Positions 1 through 7,244 of a stretch of 15,599 bases of DNA are shown here, piece by piece. Within the stretch, counting starts at the first letter, position 1. Each line of letters starts with the position of its first letter. Source of the stretch: Vulcanimicrobiota bacterium. Its GTDB lineage: Bacteria; Vulcanimicrobiota; Vulcanimicrobiia; Vulcanimicrobiales; Vulcanimicrobiaceae. A program made the position numbers and the translations under genes. Location: assembly GCA_003135555.1 (NCBI GenBank), contig PLCF01000061.1, positions 1-15,599 on the forward strand, given 5' to 3'. The notes below the pieces were generated by a model. That model ran no database searches, had not been told where the DNA came from, and saw only the letters and a list, made by a program, of their open reading frames with translations.

Positions 1-126
1 CAGCGGGCGATCGAACGGCTCGACCGGGCCGATCGCGCGATGCTCCGACCGTGGATCCTGGCGCGCTACGACGTCCGCGGCTATCGCGCGACCGGGTTCG
101 TCGCGCCGCGCGTCAGCGAGGCGTGA
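1..126 (+). CDS. 3' end of a hypothetical protein (truncated by window start)
   Basis: Frame 1 reads QRAIERLDRADRAMLRPWILARYDVRGYRATGFVAPRVSEA* with mostly G/C third positions; TGA at 124-126; converges on the TetR gene. Confidence 0.55.
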   Translation, partial: QRAIERLDRADRAMLRPWILARYDVRGYRATGFVAPRVSEA

Positions 127-192
127 CGGGGTCACGCCCGAGGCGTGACGAGGTCACGCCCGAGGCGTGACGAGGTCACGCCCGAGGCGTGA
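117..192. repeat. Tandem repeat, about 3.5 copies of a 22-bp internally palindromic unit
   Basis: Unit CGAGGCGTGACG(A/G)GGTCACGCC at 117-138, 139-160, 161-182 and partial at 183-192; GGCGTGAC and GTCACGCC are exact reverse complements separated by 3 nt. Confidence 0.95.
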
Positions 193-766
193 TCCCGTCG
201 AAAGCGATCGCGACGACGGCGCGCGCGATCGCATCGCGCGTCAGCGAGCCGCTGCGGTACCATTCGACGACCGAGTTCGACATGCCGAAGATCAGCCGCG
301 CGCCGAGGCGCGGGTCGAGGTCCGCGCGCGCCTCACCGTCGCGCTGCGCCTGGCCGATGATCTCCGTGACCACCCGGTCGAAGGCGCGCCGCCGCTCCAC
401 CGCGTTGCGCTCGCTCTTGGACGCGCCGTGGATGCGGAACAGGACGGTCAGCTCCGGCAACAGGCGCAGCGTCGTCTCGGCGACCCGGCCGACGATGTGG
501 CGCAGCCGATCGATCGCGCGACCGTCCAGCGACGCCGGCTCTTCGAGGATCGCGAACAACGCGTCGAGTGCGCGTCCGAGCCCGCGCTCGAGCAGCGCCT
601 CCTTGCCACTGACGTGGTGGTAGATCGACGCCTTGGTGATCCCGGCCGCGCGCGCCACGTCGTCCATCGACGCTCCGTCGTAGCCGCGCTCGGCGAAGAC
701 GCGCAGCGCGACGTCCGTGAGCGAGTCGATGTCGTAGGGCTTGCGCGGTTCCACCAGCGCGCTCAC
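176..766 (-). CDS. TetR/AcrR family transcriptional regulator, PaaR-like (196 aa)
   Basis: HTH segment ALRVFAERGYDGASMDDVARAAGITKASIYHHVSGKEALL; C-terminal motifs ERRRAFD and LIFGMSNSVVEWYR resemble actinobacterial PaaR-type TetRs. Start placed at GTG 766-764, overlapping the upstream TGA (GTGA); the ORF-track extension to 1204 lies inside the upstream gene. Confidence 0.9.
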   Translation of the reverse strand: MSALVEPRKPYDIDSLTDVALRVFAERGYDGASMDDVARAAGITKASIYHHVSGKEALLERGLGRALDALFAILEEPASLDGRAIDRLRHIVGRVAETTLRLLPELTVLFRIHGASKSERNAVERRRAFDRVVTEIIGQAQRDGEARADLDPRLGARLIFGMSNSVVEWYRSGSLTRDAIARAVVAIAFDGITPRA

Positions 767-3700
767 GGCGTCGGCGACGGTGCGGGCGTCGGCGCGACGA
801 TGATCGCGTTGGCCGGCGCGACGAACCTTCGCATCCCCAAGCGCTTCGCGAACTCCGTGCCGAGCGTAGCCGAGATGTGCGAGTAGGCCCCCGCGACATC
901 GGGCCTGAGCGCATCGAGCGCGGCCTGGTGCTGCTCGAAGGGCGGCTGCAGCGCGCCGCCGAGTTGGAACGCCGCCCCGAAGACGCGTTCGCGGATGCGG
1001 TCGGGCTTTCCGATCCCGTCTTCGTCGTGCAGCGCGTTCGAACTGAGCTCGGCGCGCAGCGCCACGAGCCGCGCGCGCTCGGCCGGCGAGCGCGCCTTCT
1101 TCAGCCGCACGTCGATCTCGTTGAGCGCCTTGTCGATCCCATCGATCCAGCCGAACGCCGTCACGAGATACGCGTGCCGCGCCGCGCGCTGCTCCGCGGT
1201 CCACGGGCTGAGCGGATCGTCGCTGAGCGTGAACGCCTGATCGTACGTCTTCCCGGCGACGTGCAGCCGCGCGGTGTACGGTCCGGTCAGCGCCTCAGGG
1301 CCGGTCGCCGGGCCCGCGTTCTGGAAACTCGTGCCGAGCCAACGCGTCGGACCGTCCTCGTTCCCGTCCCAGGTGATGCGGTTCAGCCCGCGATCGTTGG
1401 TCACGAAGTACCGGGCGCGCGGGTCCTTGGGCGGATCGCGCGGGTCGAACGGAACCTGGCCGCGCAGCGTGCGCACGGCCTTGCCGTTCGCGTCGAGGAT
1501 CTCGAACCACGGGCGCGCCTTCGCCTTGGTACGCTGGTAGAACGTCAGCACCGCGCCGGCCGGCGCGTTCGGGCCCGAGAAGTTGTTGGCCGGCAGCGCG
1601 TTTCCGTCGCCGGTCTCGACCGACGGCCAGCCCGCCCACAGCGTCGCCTCGCGGACCGGGAAGAACTGGAACCCGGCGCGCCGCGCCGCAGCGAGCTGCT
1701 GCAGACCCGACAGATCATCGAGGACGTAGAAGCCGCGGCCGTGCGTGGCGACGAGCAGATCGTTGGCCGAGGGATGTACGTGGATGTCGTACACCGCAAC
1801 GACCGGGAAGCCGGCGCGCAGCCGCTCCCAGCGCCCGCCGCGATTGTACGAGATCCACAGCGCGTTCTCGGTTCCGGCGAAAAGCAAGTCGGGCTCGTGC
1901 AGATCCTGGCGCACGACGCGCACCGGCGCGTCGGCCGGCAAGTTTGCTGCGATCGAACGCCAGGTGGCGCCGTAGTCGTCGGTGACGAACGCGTAGGGCC
2001 GCCGGTCGCCGAGGTCGTGGCGGTCGAGCAGCGTGAACGCCGTGCCGGCTGCGTGCGGGCTGGGTTCGATCACCTCGACGCGCCCGTACTTGGGCCACCC
2101 TTGCGGCGTGACGTTGCTCCAGTGCGCGCCCCCGTCGCGCGTGAGCTGTACCAGCCCGTCGTCGGTGCCGGCCCAGATAACGCCCGCGTCTTTGGGCGAC
2201 GGCGCGATCGCCAACGTGGTGTCGTAGTACTCCGCGCCCGAGACGTCGAGATTGATCGGGCCGCCCGAGGCGCGCTGGTGCTGCTTCTCATTGCGGGTGA
2301 GATCGGGGCTGATCGGCGTCCAATGGCGGCCGCGATCGGTCGTCTTGAACACGACGTTGCCGCCGAAGTACGCGACGTGCCCGTCCTGCGGCGAGAACGC
2401 CAGCGGTGCGTTCCAGTTGAAACGGTACGGCGACTGCGCGTACGACGTCAGCGAGGTGAACACGTCGCGCGGGTACGGCGACACGTCGATGGCCTGGCGC
2501 GCTTTTTGGTCGTAGATTCCGAGTACGCCGTCTTGGGTGTTGGTCCAGATGAAATTCGGGTCGACGGGATCGGGGATGGCGTACATCCCGTCGCCTCCGG
2601 CGATCGCGAACCAGTCGCGGTTCATGAGGCCGATCCCGTTGCGCGCGGTCGTCGGCGCGCACCACGAGCTGTTGTCTTGCAATCCGCCGCAGATGAGGTA
2701 CGGCTTCTCGTCGGAGAATCCGACGTGATAGATCGCCGCGAGCGGCATGCGGTCCAGGAATGCCCACGAGTCGCCGCCGTTGCGGCTCAGGATCGCGCCC
2801 CCGTCGTTCCCCTCGAGGATCCGCGTTCCGTCCGCCGACCACCACAGCGCGTGATTGTCGACGTGGACCGAGCCGGTGAGGTGCTTCCAGGTGCGCCCGC
2901 CGTCTTTGGAGAGCGTGAGATACATCGACACCGCGATGATGCGATTGGCGTTGCGCGGATCGACCGCGAGGTGGCTGAAATAGAACGGGCGCTGCTCGGG
3001 CGTCGTATCGCTCGACATGCGGCGCCAGCTGTCGCCGCCGTCGTCGGAGCGCCAGATCGTGCCCTGCTTCGACTGCACCACAGCGTACACGCGCTGGGGA
3101 TCGCTCGGCGCGATCGCGATGCCGATCCGGCCCAGCGTATCGGTGGGAAAACCGCGGCCGCGGATCTTCGACCAGGTGCGCCCGCCGTCGCGCGAGCGAT
3201 ACAGCCCGTCGGCCGGGCCGCCGCTCGTCGCGATCCAGGGCTCGCGCCGGAACTGCCAGATCGCCGCGAAGATCGTTTGCGGCTGCTTCGGATTCCAGGC
3301 CAAATCGGCGGCGCCGCTCGACGGACCGACGTACAGCGTTTTGGCCCAGGTGCGGCCGCCGTCGGAGGTCACGTAGACGCCGCGCGCGGGGCTGTCGGCG
3401 TAGATGTCGCCCAGCGCGGCGACGATCGCGCGTCGGGGATTTTTCGGATCGACCAATATCTTCGCGATGTGTCGCGTGTCCTCGAGGCCGGCGTGCTTCC
3501 AGTGCTTGCCGCCGTCGCGCGTCAACCACACGCCGTCGCCGTAGGAGACGTCGTTGCGCGGGTTCGCCTCGCCGGTGCCGACCCAGACCGTGTTGTCGTT
3601 GCTGGGCGCGATCGTGACGGCGCCGATCGCGCCGAACTTCGACGCGTCGGTCCACACGGATTGGAAGGACGCTCCGCCATCGGTTGACTTGAAGACGCCG

Positions 3701-3969
3701 CCGCCGGCGCCGCCGACGTAGTACAGCGCCGGGTCGCGATCGCTGCCGGCGAGAGCGGGGACGCGGCCGCCCGACGTCGCCGGACCGATCGCGCGAAACT
3801 TCACGCCGTCGGTGTCGGGACCGGGCGACGGGCTGACGGCCGGTTTGGCGGCGGGTTTGCGCGGCCCCGCGGGTGTGGTGGTCCCGCGCGGTGCGGCGCT
3901 CAGCGGCGACGACGAGAACGAGAACGCCGCCGCCATGGCGACGGCGAGATGGGCCACACGAATACGCAT
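763..3969 (-). CDS. Secreted BNR/Asp-box repeat beta-propeller protein (VPS10/sortilin-like, often annotated glycosyl hydrolase), 1068 aa
   Basis: N-terminal signal-like segment and Pro-rich linker; FRAIGPATSGGR start of propeller; about 11 Asp-box motifs (STDGGASF, TRDGGKHW, TSDGGRTW, SRDGGRTW, SDDGGDSW, SKDGGRTW, SRNGGDSW, TTDRGRHW, TRDGGAHW, TDDYGATW, SYNRGGRW); GGLQDN, GGDG and ATHGRG family motifs. Confidence 0.9.
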   Translation of the reverse strand: MRIRVAHLAVAMAAAFSFSSSPLSAAPRGTTTPAGPRKPAAKPAVSPSPGPDTDGVKFRAIGPATSGGRVPALAGSDRDPALYYVGGAGGGVFKSTDGGASFQSVWTDASKFGAIGAVTIAPSNDNTVWVGTGEANPRNDVSYGDGVWLTRDGGKHWKHAGLEDTRHIAKILVDPKNPRRAIVAALGDIYADSPARGVYVTSDGGRTWAKTLYVGPSSGAADLAWNPKQPQTIFAAIWQFRREPWIATSGGPADGLYRSRDGGRTWSKIRGRGFPTDTLGRIGIAIAPSDPQRVYAVVQSKQGTIWRSDDGGDSWRRMSSDTTPEQRPFYFSHLAVDPRNANRIIAVSMYLTLSKDGGRTWKHLTGSVHVDNHALWWSADGTRILEGNDGGAILSRNGGDSWAFLDRMPLAAIYHVGFSDEKPYLICGGLQDNSSWCAPTTARNGIGLMNRDWFAIAGGDGMYAIPDPVDPNFIWTNTQDGVLGIYDQKARQAIDVSPYPRDVFTSLTSYAQSPYRFNWNAPLAFSPQDGHVAYFGGNVVFKTTDRGRHWTPISPDLTRNEKQHQRASGGPINLDVSGAEYYDTTLAIAPSPKDAGVIWAGTDDGLVQLTRDGGAHWSNVTPQGWPKYGRVEVIEPSPHAAGTAFTLLDRHDLGDRRPYAFVTDDYGATWRSIAANLPADAPVRVVRQDLHEPDLLFAGTENALWISYNRGGRWERLRAGFPVVAVYDIHVHPSANDLLVATHGRGFYVLDDLSGLQQLAAARRAGFQFFPVREATLWAGWPSVETGDGNALPANNFSGPNAPAGAVLTFYQRTKAKARPWFEILDANGKAVRTLRGQVPFDPRDPPKDPRARYFVTNDRGLNRITWDGNEDGPTRWLGTSFQNAGPATGPEALTGPYTARLHVAGKTYDQAFTLSDDPLSPWTAEQRAARHAYLVTAFGWIDGIDKALNEIDVRLKKARSPAERARLVALRAELSSNALHDEDGIGKPDRIRERVFGAAFQLGGALQPPFEQHQAALDALRPDVAGAYSHISATLGTEFAKRLGMRRFVAPANAIIVAPTPAPSPTP

Positions 3970-3982
3970 TGCTTCGGATGTT

Positions 3983-4025
3983 CCGAGCGCGCGGCGCGGT
4001 TCCCCGCCCGAACGCTCGGTAGGGT
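3983..4025. promoter_or_regulatory. Two putative PaaR-type TetR operator cores and an adjoining -10 element for the E1 alpha gene
   Basis: CCG-AG-CG-CG-CGG at 3983-3994 and CCG-AA-CG-CT-CGG-T at 4008-4020 both fit CCGNNCGNNCGG; TAGGGT (TANNNT) at 4020-4025; SD-like GGAAGGA at 4041-4047. Confidence 0.5.
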
Positions 4026-4055
4026 CGCGGCTGCATCCGGGGAAGGATCGTGGCG

Positions 4056-5066
4056 ATGTCGACGACCGCCAGCGTTCCGGCGCTGTCCCGCGATCAGCTG
4101 CTCAAGCTGTACCGCGACATGCTCACCCAGCGAGCGGTCGACACGCGCGGCTTCCAACTTAATCGGCAAGGGAAGATCGGGATCGCGATGGGCTCGGAGG
4201 GCCACGAAGCCGTGCAGGCCGGTACCGGTCTCGCGTTCCAGCGCGGCAAGGACGTTCTCTACCCGTACTACCGCAACACCGGGATCATCCTGAGCTGCGG
4301 CTTCCCGCTCGTCGACCTCTTTCGCTCGCAGTTGGCCCGTGCCAAGGACACCAGCGGCGGACGTTCGATCATCAACCACGTCACGGCCAAGGCGCTGGGC
4401 ATCGCCACGATCTCGTCGATCATCGCGGCCCACTGCTCGCACGCGGTCGGCGCGGCCTGGGCGCTCAAGCGCAGCGGCGACGGCGATCGCGTCGTGTTCT
4501 GCCAGTTCGGCGACGGCGCGACGTCGCAAGGCGAATGGCACGAGGCGCTCAACTTCGCCGCGGTCCACGCGCTGCCGATCCTGTTCTTGTGCGAGAACAA
4601 CCAGTGGGCGATCTCGACGCACATCAGCAAGCAAATGCGCGTTCCGACGATCGCGACGCGCGCCGCCGGCTATGGCATGCGCGGCGTGTCGTGCGACGGC
4701 TTCGACCCGGTCGCGGTCTACAACGCGGTGCACGAGGCACGCGCACACGTGGCGGCCGGTGCGGGGCCGGTCCTCGTCGAGTCGGTCTGCTATCGCTTCC
4801 TTTCGCACACCACCGACGACGACGATCGCACCTACCGCACCCGCGACGAGGTCGCCGAACATCGCCCCAGCGACCCCGTTCCGAAGTTCGAGCGGCACCT
4901 CGTCGACAGCGGCGTGCTCACCGACGACGACGTCAAGGCGCTCAAGCGCGAGATCGCAGAGCTGGTCAACCGCACCACCGACGAGGTCGAAGCCGAACCA
5001 TACCCCGAGGCCCACACACTCTACGGCAACACCTACGCCGGCCCCGACGACCCCTGGGTCTCTTGA
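4056..5066 (+). CDS. bkdA1: TPP-dependent 2-oxoacid dehydrogenase E1 alpha subunit, branched-chain (BkdA1/BfmBAA) type, 336 aa
   Basis: TPP motif GDGATSQGEWHEALNFAAVHALPILFLCENNQWAIS; LNRQGKI, GHEA, PYYR and YRFLSHTTDDDDRTYR as in Bacillus-type BCKDH E1 alpha. ATG 4056 lies 8 nt after GGAAGGA and is preferred to GTG 4050. Exact substrate is not established. Confidence 0.88.
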   Translation: MSTTASVPALSRDQLLKLYRDMLTQRAVDTRGFQLNRQGKIGIAMGSEGHEAVQAGTGLAFQRGKDVLYPYYRNTGIILSCGFPLVDLFRSQLARAKDTSGGRSIINHVTAKALGIATISSIIAAHCSHAVGAAWALKRSGDGDRVVFCQFGDGATSQGEWHEALNFAAVHALPILFLCENNQWAISTHISKQMRVPTIATRAAGYGMRGVSCDGFDPVAVYNAVHEARAHVAAGAGPVLVESVCYRFLSHTTDDDDRTYRTRDEVAEHRPSDPVPKFERHLVDSGVLTDDDVKALKREIAELVNRTTDEVEAEPYPEAHTLYGNTYAGPDDPWVS

Positions 5067-5117
5067 GGCACGCGATCCAGTGCCCCGGCCTCCTTGGCGG
5101 CGCTTGCCGGCGCTGGC

Positions 5118-5405
5118 CTAAACCTCAACGCTGAATGTCCCCGCGCGGCCATCGTACAAGAATGACCGGTCCGCGAGAAATTCTCTGCCGAGTAGTGCGA
5201 TGAATCCCTGCCGCGCGAGCCCGGGTGCGCCCGCGAGCTCGATGGACCCGACGTCGAACCCGGACACACGCAAACCGACGATGTAGGTGCCGGCATCGTA
5301 CTCGCCGCCTGTAGTATGAATGCTGATATCCCGAATGGGAAGAAGCTGCAAGCGCTCGATGATGATCGAGTCCACTGCACCGATCGATGCACCCGTGTCG
5401 ATCAA
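5118..5405 (-). CDS. Retropepsin-like (clan AA) aspartyl protease; true 5' end probably further upstream (about 5489), possibly a pseudogene
   Basis: ALIDTGAS catalytic motif, flap-like IHTTGG, C-terminal ALLGREFL and FLYDG. First canonical start (TTG 5405) is only two codons before the catalytic Asp; the frame stays open upstream to 5597. Confidence 0.75.
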   Translation of the reverse strand: MIDTGASIGAVDSIIIERLQLLPIRDISIHTTGGEYDAGTYIVGLRVSGFDVGSIELAGAPGLARQGFIALLGREFLADRSFLYDGRAGTFSVEV

Positions 5406-5488
5406 GGCATCGCCCGCGCAATGTTCTTCTAACCTGGGGACTCGCGATTGCGATGGGCCGAAGCCGAGGGCCCTTCGTAGGTCAGGCG

Positions 5489-5743
5489 TTACTCCGGCTG
5501 GGCGTCGGCAATTCCGACGTAGGGCTGAAAATAGTAGGGCTCGTGCAGCGAGATCCGGGCCATCATGAACGGTCGGCGGCCGTACGTTTGACGCCCTTTA
5601 CGGTACGCTTGGTCTCTCGACATCCAATGGCCGAGTACGTCGTCGCCGAAAATGACAACGTACTCGCCTTCATATTGCAAAAGGCGCTGCTTCTCTCGTT
5701 CGTACGTCTGCCGTTCTCGATCGAACCGCCCCATCAATGCCAC
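5489..5743 (-). CDS. Small DUF5678-like hypothetical protein (84 aa; 81 aa if ATG 5734 is used)
   Basis: Pattern E..TYE.EK.RLL.YEGEYVVIFGDDVLG....DQAY..G...YG..PF resembles small proteins that I recall lying upstream of single-domain aspartyl proteases; family name is from memory, not a search. Confidence 0.7.
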   Translation of the reverse strand: MALMGRFDRERQTYEREKQRLLQYEGEYVVIFGDDVLGHWMSRDQAYRKGRQTYGRRPFMMARISLHEPYYFQPYVGIADAQPE

Positions 5744-5749
5744 CTAGCC

Positions 5750-5778
5750 AGTTTAGTGCACGCGCTCCTTGATTTCCA
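5750..5778 (-). promoter_or_regulatory. Putative sigma70-type promoter for the two-gene islet
   Basis: On the - strand TGGAAA (5778-5773), 17-nt spacer, TAAACT (5755-5750), then 6 nt to GTG 5743. Confidence 0.35.
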
Positions 5779-5856
5779 GCGTTTATGCGGAATTTACTGG
5801 AAGCCGACAAGGATCGTCATAAGACCAAGCGGGTCCCGACTAGTTGACCCGCCTCG

Positions 5857-6489
5857 TCAGGGGCATTGAGCGGGCGTTGCTCGGACGATCGCGATCAGAT
5901 TGCGTTCGATGCCGTCGTTCGGGCGCAGCCTCAGCAGCGTCGACTGGTGGAGGCATCCATCGTGAGCTGCCCGCTCGCGTTCTCCAGCAGGTAGCCTACG
6001 CAACGCCGCAACCGTTTGCCGCGGCCACTTTGCCGCCGCGTGCATGAGGAACGTGTCGGGCCCTTCAGCGGTCACGCCGTCGCTGTGATTCTTGCCGAGC
6101 ATCAGCATCCCGATCGCATCGGTGTTGCCGCGCTCGGCGATCGCTCCGAGCGCATCGATCGGCTCCACGATGCCGAATCCGGATTGCGGCGGCACCGAGA
6201 ATGCCGACGACACCACCGAGAGATCGCGCCAGGGATAGCGGTGCACGTAGTACGCCTCGAACCGCCGCTTGTCCGCCAGGTAGAGCGCGAGGTCGTAAAC
6301 GCCGCGCAAGGCCGGATCGTGGAGCGCATCCACGCGGCGCTGTATAGCGAGAATCGAGGCCACGTCGTGACGCAACGCGTACTGCTTCAGAAGTCGCGCT
6401 TCAGGTGAGGTCGCCGGATCGAGCGCCCGCGCAGGCAGGCCGAGCCCCACGAATAGGACTGCGAGGGCCGCTGCGGCGCGCGCGAACAC
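5857..6489 (-). CDS. Secreted hypothetical protein (210 aa)
   Basis: Signal peptide-like MFARAAAALAVLFVGLGLPARA; GTG start shares one base with the upstream TAG (TAGTG); two C-terminal cysteines; no family recognised. Confidence 0.7.
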   Translation of the reverse strand: MFARAAAALAVLFVGLGLPARALDPATSPEARLLKQYALRHDVASILAIQRRVDALHDPALRGVYDLALYLADKRRFEAYYVHRYPWRDLSVVSSAFSVPPQSGFGIVEPIDALGAIAERGNTDAIGMLMLGKNHSDGVTAEGPDTFLMHAAAKWPRQTVAALRRLPAGERERAAHDGCLHQSTLLRLRPNDGIERNLIAIVRATPAQCP

Positions 6490-7208
6490 TAGCGGCGTAG
6501 CGTGATCGAGCCGTTTACGGTCTCGGCGCTGACGTGCATCGCACCGTCGCCGAGCGTTCCGTTCGCATGGGCGCCGGGACCCCAGCGCGGACGATCGACG
6601 GTGATGCCTTCCGCGCTGATGCCGCCGGTGAGCGTGTGCGCGTTGAGCACGACCCCGCTGCCCGGCGCGAGCGTGACCTCGATCGAGCCGTTCACCGACC
6701 GCGCGGTCAGCGTACCGTGACCGCGGTCCAGAACCTTCACGCGCACCGAACCGTTCACCGACGCCGCGCGCCGTACGTCGCGTCCTTCGACTTGCACGCT
6801 GCCGTTGACGGTCGCCGCTTCGGTGGGACCGTCGTTCATCGCATCCACCGAGCCGTTCACCGTGGCGGCGTCGAGGGTGATCCCGTGCGGTACGGTGATC
6901 TCGAAGTCGACCAACGTGTCGTTGTCGCGATCGCTGTGGCTCTGTGAGAACTTGCGCTCGTCGCAGCCGCGGCTCGCCTCAGGCGGATAGCGCACGCAGA
7001 CGACGATCCCATCGGAACGGTTTTCGACGTGAATCGCGACGCCGTTGGGATCGCCGTGATCGGCGTGCTTGGTAGCCCGGACCGATAGGCGGTCCCCGGT
7101 GCGAACCCGCACGCTGCCGTTGATGTCGCGGACCGTGAGGGTCTGCCCCGGCCGGAGTTGGCCGTCGTAGGCGAACGGGACCGAGGCCAGCGCCACAACT
7201 AAAAACAT
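6489..7208 (-). CDS. DUF4097 (putative adhesin) family beta-strand repeat protein (239 aa)
   Basis: Repeated INGSV, TVNGSV, TVNGSV, SVNGSV, SVNGSI, TLTGGI, TVNGSI motifs; VDFEITVP; short hydrophobic N-terminus. Confidence 0.85.
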   Translation of the reverse strand: MFLVVALASVPFAYDGQLRPGQTLTVRDINGSVRVRTGDRLSVRATKHADHGDPNGVAIHVENRSDGIVVCVRYPPEASRGCDERKFSQSHSDRDNDTLVDFEITVPHGITLDAATVNGSVDAMNDGPTEAATVNGSVQVEGRDVRRAASVNGSVRVKVLDRGHGTLTARSVNGSIEVTLAPGSGVVLNAHTLTGGISAEGITVDRPRWGPGAHANGTLGDGAMHVSAETVNGSITLRR

Positions 7209-7214
7209 AGTTAT

Positions 7215-7244
7215 ACTCTACGCCTTCGCGGCAGCGAGTGTCAA
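7215..7244 (-). promoter_or_regulatory. sigma70-type promoter, probably producing a leaderless mRNA for the DUF4097 gene
   Basis: Perfect TTGACA (7244-7239), 18-nt spacer, TAGAGT (7220-7215), 6 nt, then ATG 7208; AT-rich patch, no SD. Confidence 0.6.

Noticed and set aside
117..192. CRISPR array
   Set aside because: Units are directly adjacent with no unique spacers, and no cas genes are in the window.
767..1204. N-terminal extension of the TetR ORF to 1204
   Set aside because: Arg/Ala-rich off-frame read of the BNR gene's 3' end; GTGA coupling at 763-766 gives a normal-sized TetR.
877..3687. 936-aa + strand ORF (also 2288..4036 - and 3900..5015 -)
   Set aside because: Shadow ORFs over well-supported genes; stop codons are rare in high-GC DNA and the translations carry no recognisable motifs.
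3972..4042. Structured RNA leader or riboswitch (CGGATG/CATCCG and CCGAGCG/CGCTCGG pairings)
   Set aside because: No known aptamer motif recognised; the candidate -10 would put most of it upstream of the transcript, and the inner symmetry is explained by the two operator-like boxes.
5067..5117. Intrinsic terminator between E1 alpha and the protease
   Set aside because: Only short GC hairpins (GGCAC/GTGCC) and no U-tract on either strand.
5100..5860. IS, prophage or integrative element explaining the lower-GC islet
   Set aside because: No transposase or integrase, and I could not see terminal inverted repeats or a target-site duplication.
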